Assembly: GCA_964036045.1 (NCBI GenBank)
Contig: OZ038379.1
Location: 24,738,001 to 24,802,000, forward strand
Origin: Eutreptiella sp. 'Long Island Sound 2002'
Taxonomy: Eukaryota > Protista > Euglenida
Reading direction: 5' to 3'
Length of the DNA: 64,000 nt
Program-made: the position numbers and the translations under genes
The notes under the pieces: model-generated
Database searches by the model: none
Told to the model about the DNA's origin: nothing
What the model saw: only the letters and a program-made list of their open reading frames with translations
In this document: positions 22,456 to 34,369 of the stretch, in pieces
How the letters are laid out: every line of letters begins with the position of its first letter
Numbering within the stretch: the first letter of the stretch is position 1

Positions 22456-25400
22456 GAAGGGTGTGAAGAAATGCTTCTTGTGGTGCTGCATGCAACATGC
22501 ATTTCAAAAACTGGTTCCCGAAAGGATTGCAAGCTAATGGGTATTTTCATATGAAAGCATAAGTTGTAGAAGAAAGAAAAAGTCATCGTTTTCCAAAAAA
22601 GCAGTGCATTTTTAGGGAGTTAAATTTTTTTCCGGGGTAGTCGGTTTTCTTGAAAATAAATCAAAATGGTCCAAGTAATCAATTTTTTGCTTAATTTCTG
22701 TCTCTTTGTTTTCGGGTCACCCAAACAACTATTTTTTCTGAGTGATGCAGACAGGCCCTTTGGGCAGATTTTGACCCTACAACCTGAGCCGCCTAAGTAA
22801 TACGCTGTTCCCAAACCCAGGTGTAAGCAAGCAAGCTTAAGGGACTCCATGCGTTCTCTTAAAGAACTTAGGGTGGAGCCCCTGGGTAACCTAAACAAGG
22901 GTTGTACTGTGCGCCACACGCCTGGCCTATCCATTAACGCGTCATATGCATGCACGGGTATGCATGAAGCCGTCAATCTCCTAGTTTAACCAATTCTTCC
23001 TTTCTCTCACAATCCATACCACGATCACGAACTCCACGAGGGGGTGGCCCCTCCTGGGCTTACTCACCTTACCTACCGCTGGAACGCGAAGCAAGGGAAG
23101 GATAAGCGAAACACAATCAAAGCAAGTGTTTATGCACGCGTGTGTATGTTCTAATCACCCGATCTCACCTCTAATCTTCGTGCAATCTTCCAATCTGTCC
23201 CTCTACTCTACGTTTGCGTTGCTACACGGCGAGTTCACGGTAACACGAGACGAGCAATGTGCATGCTGCATACGAAGCAAACAAAACTTGTATGTTTATA
23301 CCTTGTTCTTTGAATTCATATTGAGTTTTTCGAATTCTTCATTCTTGATTGCTCCTAGAAGCATGAGAGGAATCTCTACGTTTCTTATTTGTTGTGTGTC
23401 TGGTCATTTTCTTATTATTACGTGACATACTGTTATAATCTTATTTTTCCTGTCTTTTCCGGCGCCCAATTAGGACGTGCTCCGGCGCGCCGCTTTTCTC
23501 TGCGTGTAAATCCATGAATTTAAAAATTCCTGTGATGAAATAAAATTTCGTAAAAATGTGCATTTAATGCACATGGAGATTCTGCACAGGTGTGTGCCTT
23601 CAGAAAAATTCTAGGCCGTCATTTGACGGATTTTGGTGTATGCGTCGATCGTTGCGTGTTTGTCAGTCCCTCAACCCTTCGTCCCTTCTCTGCAGATATC
23701 TCGGAGCGCAAAACAGTGGAGTAGGCCGTGTTCAGGCCAAAAAACTGACTCCTGGACCACTGTCAAGAATCTCAAACCCCCATGAGGGTAAGTTAATTTT
23801 CAACGCCACTAAGGACTGATCAGGTCACACAGCAGGTTCATCGAGACCCCAGACAGCGTGCCCTGATTGTATCCTGCGTTGCGTACTGCACTGCTCTTTG
23901 CCATTTGGAGGGATAGGGTTATGCACACATGAATTGGCATGCCCATTCTAACCCCCTACCAAGCCACAGCTGCCCCAGCTACGCCAATGCACGCAGTGGG
24001 AGCTGTAGGTGCTTGTTATGACTAAGGAATACCTGCCCTGATGCAGCGCCTTCTTTCCAATGTTAGGGAGGTTATAAGAAATTTTAAAAGAATGTTGAAG
24101 TCATGGGGAGGCCAAGAAAAATTCCGTTTTTCCTTTCAAATGCGACAGTGGGGTAACCACAGCACAAGGGGGGAGTAAGAAAAAGTGTATTTCCCTGCTA
24201 AAAGGTTACCTTTAGTTGTTATAAAGAGGCCTAAAGGCATAACACATTTTTATCTTAGTATTGGCCTAACCCAAAAAGGGGTGATAAGACATTTTGACCT
24301 ATGAAATCCAGCATTGAGCTGTGAATGTTGTGTGGACCCCTGACCCCCCAACTGATTGATCTTATACACCATTTCCTGGACTGATTGAGGCGCTGACATT
24401 GATCTAGAGCCTATACATTTTTCTATGTTTTCTCATGAATGCTTAGCTATCCTAGTGGTCTGCACCCTAGGGGGCTGTGGCACCTCTTTTTGAGAGGTCC
24501 TTGGTTCAATTCCCAGTCAGCCTAGCTAAGTAGGAGTATCCCATGTGACATGGCAGTGACCTCAGCGCCACAAGCCATGCCACCTCAGCACCTATGGGAC
24601 CCAAAACAAAGAGTGCACATCTCTAGATGGCACTATAAAAGAGAGGATGCCCATGTGGGCAGTTTTTCCATGTTTGTAGGATATTTTCTAACTATCTTTT
24701 CATTAATGTGTAGCTATTGTGAGTTTCCTTTGTTGCTACATTATCTCCTTGACTACAGCCCTTCATGTTGTGGATTTGATCCTGTGGTCCTTTGCCTTGC
24801 ACTGTGGGTACTTATTTGTGGTTGATTTCATCAAAACTCATTTGTTTGGAAAACCTGAACTACATCAAGAAGCAGCAGGAGCAAGCAGGGGCACCAAGAA
24901 AACAATATCATCAAACCAATCAACAGTGAAAGCCTGTTCTAACTTTCTCAATGCTTTGTGTCTTCAATTGATATCTGTGAAGCGCAAACCGTTTGATGGT
25001 TGGTGAGAGCATTACCTTGCTTATGATCCCGCCGTCTCTCCCAATCAAGGTGCCCGCGCTCATTTTCTTACTTCTCATTTTCACATTTTTACAAGAGCTC
25101 TTTGCTAAGGGGGTACGGGTGAAGCAAGAGGGACTGCTGAATAGGATTGAGGCATCATTTTGCTCATCTAAGTGTGTTTGCTTTTTATGACATCCCATGG
25201 CCACGGTCCAAGGATTGAGCGTACGAGCGAGGTGATGTAGACCCGGCATAATGGGCCATGTGTTGAAGAGTGGTGCCAAATCCCCGTACACACCATAATA
25301 TAGTCCTACATTGTTGTTGTTGTCGTATGTCGCCTTTGTGGTCTGTTTGTGAAGCTTGATATGACGACGTCTTTGTCGGCGACTTGTTGATGCCATTTTT

Positions 25401-25703
25401 ACAGCATAGAATGTATGGTTTTGAATCCTGTAGATACTTAGACGGGCGAAACAGTTACACATTTGTACCGCTGTTTTTAAAAAAAAGGACCGAGAGAATG
25501 ATGTGGGTTATTTCAGTGATTTACCCTCTTTTTTTGGGCCCTGATTTTTCATGAATGTTTTTTTGGCAAAGAAGGTACTTTTTTCAAGATGTCGCAACAA
25601 TTTGTAATCTCCTTTATTGCTACGTATTCAAGTGTCTCCCCGCAAACGGATATTGCGATATACGTCCTCATAGGTCTAGGTTAATACACCTTTTTCTGCA
25701 ACG

Positions 25704-25890
25704 TATTACGAGGCCTTGCAATAGGTGGATTTAATTTTCCTTTTTTTTTGCTGAAATTGAACGAATGCAAAATTCGCATATTGGCAATTGGGTCAAATAA
25801 CCTGGTCGGTCCAATGCGAGGCCTCGCATTCCGGTTTGAAATATTGTAAAAAGGTGTAGTTTCGCAAATCGGAATGCGAGGTCTCCCAAT
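25704..25890. promoter_or_regulatory. Three variant palindromes (core GCGAGGCCTCGC) upstream of transposase relic 2
   Basis: TATTACGAGGCCTTGCAATA at 25704, perfect AATGCGAGGCCTCGCATT at 25813-25830, and degenerate GGAATGCGAGGTCTCCCAAT at 25871. Confidence 0.55.
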
Positions 25891-25916
25891 AATATAGCAT
25901 GAAACAATAAAATGGG

Positions 25917-26150
25917 CAGATCCACCAACTACACAACATGCACATTCCCTTTGATGCGGCGCTGATGTATGGCCGGCCCTACAGGTCCCGCCGGCATCTC
26001 TAGTTTTCATGCTGTGGTCACCGCTCACTTCACTGCCCAACAGGGATGGTAGCGCGCCGCAACTCGCTACCGCAAATAGGATTACCCAGAGAAATGTGGA
26101 AGTACCTGATAGTTACAGGTTACCGAAAATGTGCACGCGCGACGAAGTGG
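25917..26150 (+). repeat. Conserved block, copy 2
   Basis: About 90% identical to copy 1 over the 156 nt core, with looser similarity continuing to about 26150. Confidence 0.9.
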
Positions 26151-26499
26151 CGCGCAAAAATGGATATGCGCGTGTCGCGTCTGCACCGCTATGCTGGCAA
26201 GAAAACTTAATCATTAGTAGCGTTGCAAATGCCTTTTTTTTATAAAGTTCTTAACAAATCTTCAATTCAAATATGTTTTTTCAATTTTTGAGATGATTCT
26301 TGATGCTACACAACACTGCGCATCGAGCGCACAAGGAGTTGACTCGGACTGTGAGGCGATTGCGAGCTTTCTGTGCAACGGAACATGGATATACCACTCC
26401 GGAATCCCCATGGGCTGCTGTTTAAAAGAACAAGAGTGGAGATAAGAACGGACACAAAAGATGCCTCAAACTATTCTACTGTGACACAACGCAGCTCTA

Positions 26500-26730
26500 G
26501 AGCTAGCACGAAAAAATCAAGAGAACTCCAATCTTGTACGGCTGTTGGCATCCCTATAAATACCTTGTGACCTTGTGGCGGCACTTTCATTACCTTTTTG
26601 TGTACTTCCGCTTTGGCCGCTTAGGAGTAGGAAAAACAGTAGGGTCGTACCCTAAGAAGGGAGTCATGGAGAGAACTATTGCTGGCATTCTGATGTGTGC
26701 GCCGCGTCAGTGGGGCACCCAACCATAGAG
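26500..26730 (+). pseudogene. Relic of a second, diverged transposase of the same family as 14464-16461
   Basis: TPILYGCWHPYKYLVT-LWRHFHYLFVYFRFGRLGVGKTVGSYPKKGVMERT aligns to HPILYGFWHAYKFHVTQTFRSFWPIVTFFRKGLLRSGDTVPCFPKLITMEIT (about 26/62 identical). Truncated where a retroelement relic begins. Confidence 0.75.
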
Positions 26731-26739
26731 CATAGCTGG

Positions 26740-27560
26740 ATCCGAGCTTGGTCTTTGTGCACAATGACCATCACTTGAAGCAAAGACAGACAAGGCTCCA
26801 GCCCTTCGTACTAGATGGGCATATCATAAGCTTTAGATAGCAAAGGTTGAAGATTGTTAAAACAAGAAGCGAGGGACATCTCAGGGCCGAAAAGATGGAA
26901 GTTATCGCTATAGCGTGCAGAAATGAAGTGGCGGCTGAAGAGGGAGCGCATAGTGTTTAGTGTTTGCTCTGCAGCCATATGTAAGCCAGCAGCCTGGGCG
27001 CTGCGGGGTCCTCCCATAGGGATGTGCTCAAGTTGCCTTCGCACTCAGCTGCCGGCGCGGAACCATGTGCTGTGCAACAACTCATACGTACTGAAGGATT
27101 GTAGATATGCAATCCACACATTCTTGATCCACCGTTAAGAGCCACTGCCTATCCGGTCGTCCTTTTTGTTGACTTTGGACACTGGAAACCCATTGTATTT
27201 TACGGCGTGAGTTCCGCACCTTCTCAAATTCACCTACCATATAATACAGGCCTAGTAAGACCTCCTCAGGGACAATTTGGGCACCTTTCCAACCGTATCT
27301 AGTTCCATTGCAGCCCAGGGTTCAAGAGGGTTTTGGGTGGTAGAAGTGGCATCCAAAACCGTCTTACTATGGAGCATATTGAAAATCCCGAAGGAGGGGA
27401 GGTTGGTACTCATTTCCTAGCAAACAATGGACAATCATCGCCAGGAAACTTTTCCCAGATTGGACCAAGCATGGAGGAAATGTGCCCTGTTGATCCTTGA
27501 AAACATGCCCCTTCAAACTTGAATAAACTATTAACCCTGAAAAAGAGTCACACCTTCCAT
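26740..27560 (-). mobile_element. Penelope-like reverse transcriptase relic (copy C)
   Basis: IPMGGPRSAQAAGLH (motif B) and ARYSDNFHLF (motif C region), homologous to the copies at 60-64 kb. The upstream boundary is approximate. Confidence 0.6.
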
Positions 27561-28764
27561 TTTAGGGGTTGTGTGTAAGCTCTGCAAAATTGACAACATT
27601 TTTGGTAGCTTCAATCATGGAGCATTATTGGCTGCAACGAGCTACTCGTGGGTGTTGGCAGTCTTCACAACTTGTGCAGTGTCATTTGGAGAAACCCTTG
27701 TCAAGGCCACTTTAACGGATAGTTTGCTTCTTGTGGCTAGGTTCTCCTTCACTCTTGCCATTGAATACCCCAAGCTTGACTGCGGCGACACTGTGCGGGA
27801 GCTTGATATTGTTGGCCCGCGGATTCCAATGCTTGGTTGCCCTTCTGCAAATGCTGGTTGAATTGAAACCATTCACAAAACCCTGGCCCTAACTCTATGC
27901 TCCCTTTCAAAACCACACTTCCTGCCTAGCGTGCCGCCATATTGGGATCTTTGCGGGGACTAAGGTTGGATCACTGTGGCTTGGGCACAGCCTTGGGTAG
28001 GACCTGGCCACTCTCATGGGTAGGAACTGGCCACTCCCATGGTGAGGACAATCCCTATGTATTCCCTTTGCTCTAGTCCTGCCACTTTTTCTTCAAAAGC
28101 CCTAGCTTTTGTCGAAACTTCCATCTGCACGGCGTAGCTCGCAATGAAGCCCATTCGCGAAGCACTACTTGGGTCGGGACGTTTCCTGGGCGATGTGCGA
28201 GAAATACACCCTCCCAAATGCAAATCAAGTACCATGCGGCTGGAATTCAAGTGAATCTGTCATGATCTCACTCCATTCCCCCATGACCGGTGCGACTTGG
28301 CTGCTCTCTGGGAACCAAAGGGTGCATGTCTCTCCCCTTCCAATGTCTGATCTGTCCGCTGATGTCACCCCCACCACGTCCCTTGCTGACATCCAAAAGA
28401 GGTTGTAATCCAATGTGTTTTCAGCTGACCGACTGCTGCTGGTGTATAGTGCCCCTTTACACCATTCATACCTGAGGGAACTAGTGGCCCTTGCTGTGGC
28501 AACTATGAGAACTATGCTATATGTGATGCACAAATGCCATAAATCTGAACACATCAAAACTTTCATAAGCAATGTTAGATCGTGCCAACCAAGGATCACA
28601 TTGAATGGCATTTGCATGGTAAATGTATGTTACACCAATCTGCTCCTACTGGTGGATGCAGCACTCACATGCAGAGGAGAACAAGAGTGGTCCCAGTGTC
28701 AGAGCCAATGAACCTGGTGGTTAGATCTCCCCAGTGGCTGGTCACGGGCACAAAACCACACCCG

Positions 28765-29990
28765 AATGGGTGATAAAACCACCCCGGGTGGTTTAATGCC
28801 CCCCTTTAGGGGGGAAAAAACAATCCCTTTGGGGGGATAAACCCAGCCCCCTTGTTAAAAACACCCCCTTTGCAGGGATACAACCACCCTGGTGGTTTTA
28901 TGCCACCAGGACCACAAATGACACAACAAAGCAATGAAAAGCAGTCTGAGCAATGAACTGTGCGCAGCGTCAAATAATGAGGGGATGACTCATGACCCTA
29001 CCTGAGTTCAGAGGTGAAGCCATTGATGAGCCATGGATGAGCACAATATTGAATTGTTCTGCCTCCTGTGGGTGTGGTCAGCACCATGGCTTTGTTGTGA
29101 TGGGGGGGGGGGGGGGCACAACTGATAGGTCAGCTTCTACTTACTTCTATTCCTCTGAAAAATTTCTCAGGTTGTTAAACTGGTTGTTTAACGTAGGTTC
29201 GGGGAAGGGGTCGAGGGCGGGTGGGTGGGTGTAGGGGAATGTTGGCCTGTGACTGACTGATGAAACACAAAATGACCCCCCCCCCCCACAAATAAGCGGA
29301 CCCCAATTGCATGACGCCCACCACACGTGGCAAACTCCATCACACACCCCGTTGCCAAAGCAGGTCTTATCTCAAACCCTGTCCCTATCCTCTGTCCATG
29401 TGGAACCCAAACCATGTCTGAAACCGCATCCCTCACCCCATCTGTAAACTTGTCCCTAGTCAGGTCAAACATCCTGCAACACACATACAAAGAGCAACGT
29501 GAAACAAAACACTGAGTGTACAATCATATGTGGTTCCGTGACCTTCCATCACCTCTCCTACCTCTATACCTGAAATGGAAATGGGACAAACCCCCCCTCC
29601 CTCCCCAAGGGTGCGTGCATACAGCACAACATATAGACATGAGGCAACCTGTCTTCCGGTGCTGTGATTCTTGGCTCACATAGAGATGGGCGATACACCC
29701 CCCCCCCCCTTCAAAGGGTGACAACCCCCCGCCCAACGGGGGATAAAACCACCCCCCGAAAATGGGGGACAAAACCACCCTACAGGGGTGATCCCCACCC
29801 CCTGAAATGGGCAGATAAACCACCTCTTTGGGGTGAAAAAACCACCCCCCTAAAAGGGGCGATAAAAACCAGCCCCAGGTGGCACAAAACCACCCCAGGG
29901 GGTCAAAAATGGGCAAAAGGGGGGTTCGGGGTGGTTTTATCCCCTATTTGGAGGTGGTTTTATACCCACGAGCACCCCAGTGGCTGGGGG
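28765..29990. repeat. Two clusters (28765-28910 and 29690-29990) of a short GGGATAAAACCACCCC-like motif in both orientations
   Basis: AAAACCACCC or GGGTGGTTTT variants recur more than ten times at 20-40 bp spacing. Confidence 0.7.
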
Positions 29991-32900
29991 GTGCATCACA
30001 CAGGGTGAGATGTCCATACTTAGAGATCTGTAACGTTTGCATTGCACAGGCAACAGGGATGGTGTTGCTTAATGAACTCGGAAACACCACTTAATCTGGC
30101 TTGGATAACGGGAGGATCATCATAGATGCAGTCCGGACACGTGTTTGTGTGAAAATACGCCCTTTGGTACCCTCTTAGACTGGGAGTTGGGGCGTCCCGA
30201 GTAACGGTGCGTGGGACACTGCTCACCGGAAAGTGTCCCGGAGGTGGTGCAACTTACACCTACAACACCCCCAGTGTATGCATGAGGTGGCGCACAGAGG
30301 ATTCGTCAAAGGTCCATCACGAGACCAGCCTTTGATGTAGTGGGTGGCGCCATCACCGTGCGCTAGTCCTCTTCCTCCTCCCCCCCAAAAAATGGTACCC
30401 AGGAATGGGGGGTAGAGGAGTCAAATTCGAAAGATTCATCAGGGGATGATTTTGTCTCTCAAAATGATGATTTTACAAGGGGTTAGACAGCCATTATCAC
30501 CCATAGGGGTGTAATACGCGAATGACCCCCCCAAAAAGGAAGGTATATGGCGCCCGCGCCTGCACTTGATCGAACAACCTCTCTTGAAGGTGATTTGTAT
30601 GCTACGCTGAAATCTGGAAGCATCAATTGTGGGGCAGCATGAGGTACTCCAGGCTTCTCCATCTTCCTATGGCAACAATTCACTCGTACAACACATGTTG
30701 CGCCCACTCAGAATACCAGATAGAATCCCATTTGCTCAGAAACCCAATGTGGGGCTTTGAATTGCCTAAAGTCATGAAACAATAACATTTTGAGAAATCA
30801 GACCAATATGATCATGTCTAGTGCTGCATTTTGTCAAAAATTCTCATGCAACAACCTCAGACAGTCAAATGTCAACACTCACATTCCAATGTGGCAATCA
30901 AAAAGAAAGATCAGCAGTTTGAATACAAAAAGTCATATTTGGGCAGGCAGGGGAGTGGGTAACCACACCTTTGATGAAGGTGAAGCCGTTGCAGGTTGGG
31001 GTCTGACGTCAGAGGTCTGGGCAGTAAAATAAAATGGAATGAATGTCACATTGCCCCATGGCAAAATGTGGTGGACATGTACCTCGCCCAAAGCGCACAG
31101 CAGACAGTGGACCATTTATGTTCAGCATCATAGCATACACTCGTGGGTGCGCACCCACACATCCTCCGTTTGTAGCCAGCCCTTCTTCACCTTTTTTCAC
31201 GCTCAGCACGCACAAGTCTTCAGGGTGCACCAGCATGTCGATTCCTCCTTTTTGCTTCCTTTCAGCTTTGCTCAACAGACGTGGGCTGCATGTTCTGGTA
31301 TGGGCCATCCAGCCAGTGCCAGAACACATCTTGGTTCCATTCCTGGAGTTGTGACCTCACCAGACGCACATTTGTTGATCCCCAGTCAATCCCAAGGGTG
31401 TTTTGGTTCACTTTTTGGGTTAAACCTCAAGCAGGCCCGCCGGGCGCAGCTTGCTTGTTCTCAACGTTGCTGCACCTTTTTCAAGAGGAGGGCAACTGCC
31501 TATTAAGGCCCAAAACGCAGGCTTGCAGGAAATTGCTTGCAGATGAAGGAACGGCAATTGTGGTCAGACAGGGTGGTCCAGGAGTGTGTTTGTGGCGGGG
31601 GGGGGGCTGTCTTAGGCACAAAGGAGGTCGGTACTGATAGACTGAATGGCCCTGCCTTAGCTACTTTCAGCCGTCAGTACTCAATGTTCCACCAGTTCCA
31701 AGCACGAAATCATATGCACAAGACGTTCAGCCATGCACAAGTCGGCCGTCTCGATAACTCCTGGAGCCAGAGTGCTCCTACAAACCTGAAACACCTTGAC
31801 AGCCACCCACAGCCCCTCAAAATCCAGAATCAGTATGTGATGGCTTAGAGCGAAGGTGGTGGTGAGGGGGGGTCGGAGCCCCCGAGCCCCTCTCCGCAAT
31901 GCAGTTAACCCCCCCCCCTTTGCGAGAGCAACGCTAAAGTTCCAAAATTTGACGGACACAAGGGTGTTGGTCTCGCAGGGGGGGGGGGGGGGCAAGCAGC
32001 CCAAAAACATGTTCACAAGGTTGAGACGGGTTGGTACTAGGGGCTTGAACGCATGTGTCATGAGTCATGAGTGTTTTGTCGGAGAGGTTCGTGGTACCTG
32101 TTTCATGTGTGCAAGCACACATGTACCTGAACATGGGGGAGTTGGTGTCATGGGCAAGCAGGGTGCTTGCTACATGAGGGGGTAGGTGTCCAACCGTGCG
32201 TGCTGTCCAGGGGAAAGAGAACGGAAAGCAGCGGGAGAGGTATCGTTCAATGCGCCCCATCCTTCATGACAGCCGTTTCTAACTTTGGTCAACTATGCAC
32301 ACCAACAACGCTCTCCAGCTGCAAGCAAGTCATTCAGCCATCTTCAACCCGTTTTAAGCCTCCATGGCTCTGTCCAAACGCCCCCCTTCAATCCTTCAAA
32401 ATCAAACAAATGCTATTGCACAAATTACTTCCCGAGTTTTGGACACAATTGGTCCCCTTGAAAAGCTTCCAAGGGTCTGAGGTACTCACGGATAGTCATG
32501 GTTCCGGTCATGTTGTGTGGTCCACACCAGTAACACAGTTCTTTAAGGATACACAGGGGAGTCATGGGGATGCGAAAGGCGGGGCGGGGGGGGGGGGGCA
32601 CATCAGGGACGGTTGGGATACCCAGTCTTGGGGTGCACTACGTGCACACGTACAGCTGTAAACCCCCAAACCCAGGGTGCCTAAAAAAATGCACTCTTCT
32701 TGAAAACATGCGCATGACAGGGCTCTAACCCCGTGGATCGCAAATGTATGACCAATGAAATTTTTGCGGCCCCAACGCCGTAAACATTGACGAATCTCGG
32801 TCAAATTTTGCATTTTCTCTACACCGAGTTGTATATGAAAAACACAGTTCCAGCAACGGTTTAAAGTAATAGCGCGGTTTAAAGTAATAGCGCAGGATCT

Positions 32901-34369
32901 GGACCTTGTTCAGATATGCTACGACGGGTCATTGGCAACCCTAGGGGAATGTGTAAAGTAGATCCCGAAAAAGACAGCCAGCTATGAGTTGCATTTTCAG
33001 GATAATTTAAACGACATCTCCCCAATTGGACAACTGCAAGGAGGGAAATATTGATCAAATGAGACTTGAACACTCTGTCAATGCTCCCATTTTTTGTAAT
33101 GTAGAGATTAACCCTCAATGTCACATCTCAGCAAAACCGGTTGTTTTTGGAAAAATAATCGGTCCAAACCAGTTATTTTCAAAAGTAGTAGGTACCATAC
33201 CTTAGGGGGAAGAGAATGGCATCAGGCCACTGTGGCATAATCTGGCTCAACCTACGGGACAACCAGGACAAGAACCTCCCCAAGGCGAGAGGTACCTAGG
33301 GCAGAGGGTTGGCATACAGGTATACAGTGCTCCAATGTGCGTGCAAATATACAAGTATACAGTATACGGCCGTATACAGGGTATGTTTTGCACACAGCAA
33401 ATATACAGCAAGTATACAGTATACAGTAGTATATAGCAGGTATACTTTGTATACAACATCATTGTGACTGTAAACCAAAACCATAATTATGAGAGGCTGA
33501 AAGTTTTAAGCTTTGAAAAGCGTTTCGTTGAGAATATTTGTCTCCGAAATGGATAAACGCAAGCCAATCCCTCACCGCAGCTCATTGGTTCACTACACAC
33601 ATACAACACAGAAAATCTTAATGCGGCAGAATGGGTGTCGTGGACCCCCCGCCCCCCGAAAACCCTGACGTCTTCCTGAATGCTGTCCTAGCCACTTGGA
33701 CCCCCCCCCCCCGCCCCAAGGATGGATCTAACTCGTGGGGGGGGGGGGGGGGTTCCCCTGTTGTCACGAGGAGTCACGATATCCGTCACCAAGAAAAGCA
33801 GTCAAAAATTGAGGCGCGCAGGGTACCAAGAGGCACGCAGAACACCCCTTCCAATGAAGCAATCAATGCCAATAGAGTGTATATCCCAGGAATCCCCCCC
33901 CCACCCCCCACCCCCTCAAGCGCGTGCAAATTAGATCCATCCCAGTCCCCCTCCCCGCCGCTGCCGGCTCTTAACATCCCGACTCTGAAGAAAAATTTTA
34001 TTGCTTTGTGTGTCGCACTAATGACTCTAGTCTTACCCCAAAGAAACATGCTCTCTCGAGCAGGCCGCGCACCACAAGGGCTGTGATGCTGCACACATGC
34101 AGTGTGGCAAATGGATCCCGTTCCAATCAAATGGAGCCGGTGAAGGCGGGGCTTGCTTGCAGTGCTTTATTTGCCACCTTTGGGGTATTTGCTTTGTCAT
34201 TAGTTTTTCGCAGTGGCCGCTTTCACCCTAAAAAGGATTCCACGAATCAGGTGAACAATTGAAGGGGCTGAATCAACGATGTACACAAAGGAGACGGTCG
34301 CCAGAGCTGGTTAAAGCAGGCACCTAACCACAGAGTGCCGCACAAGTGTTGAACCAAATCGAGCAAGGA

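Noticed and set aside
23697-23788. Exon-like segment with a CAG acceptor and GTAAGT donor on the plus strand
   Set aside because: No partner exons or recognisable product could be established.
28225-28617. GALYTSSSRS resembling SF1 helicase motif VI
   Set aside because: No other helicase motifs nearby; likely chance.
32858-32893. Exact 18 bp tandem duplication GGTTTAAAGTAATAGCGC
   Set aside because: Compatible with ordinary slippage or an excision footprint, with no supporting context.
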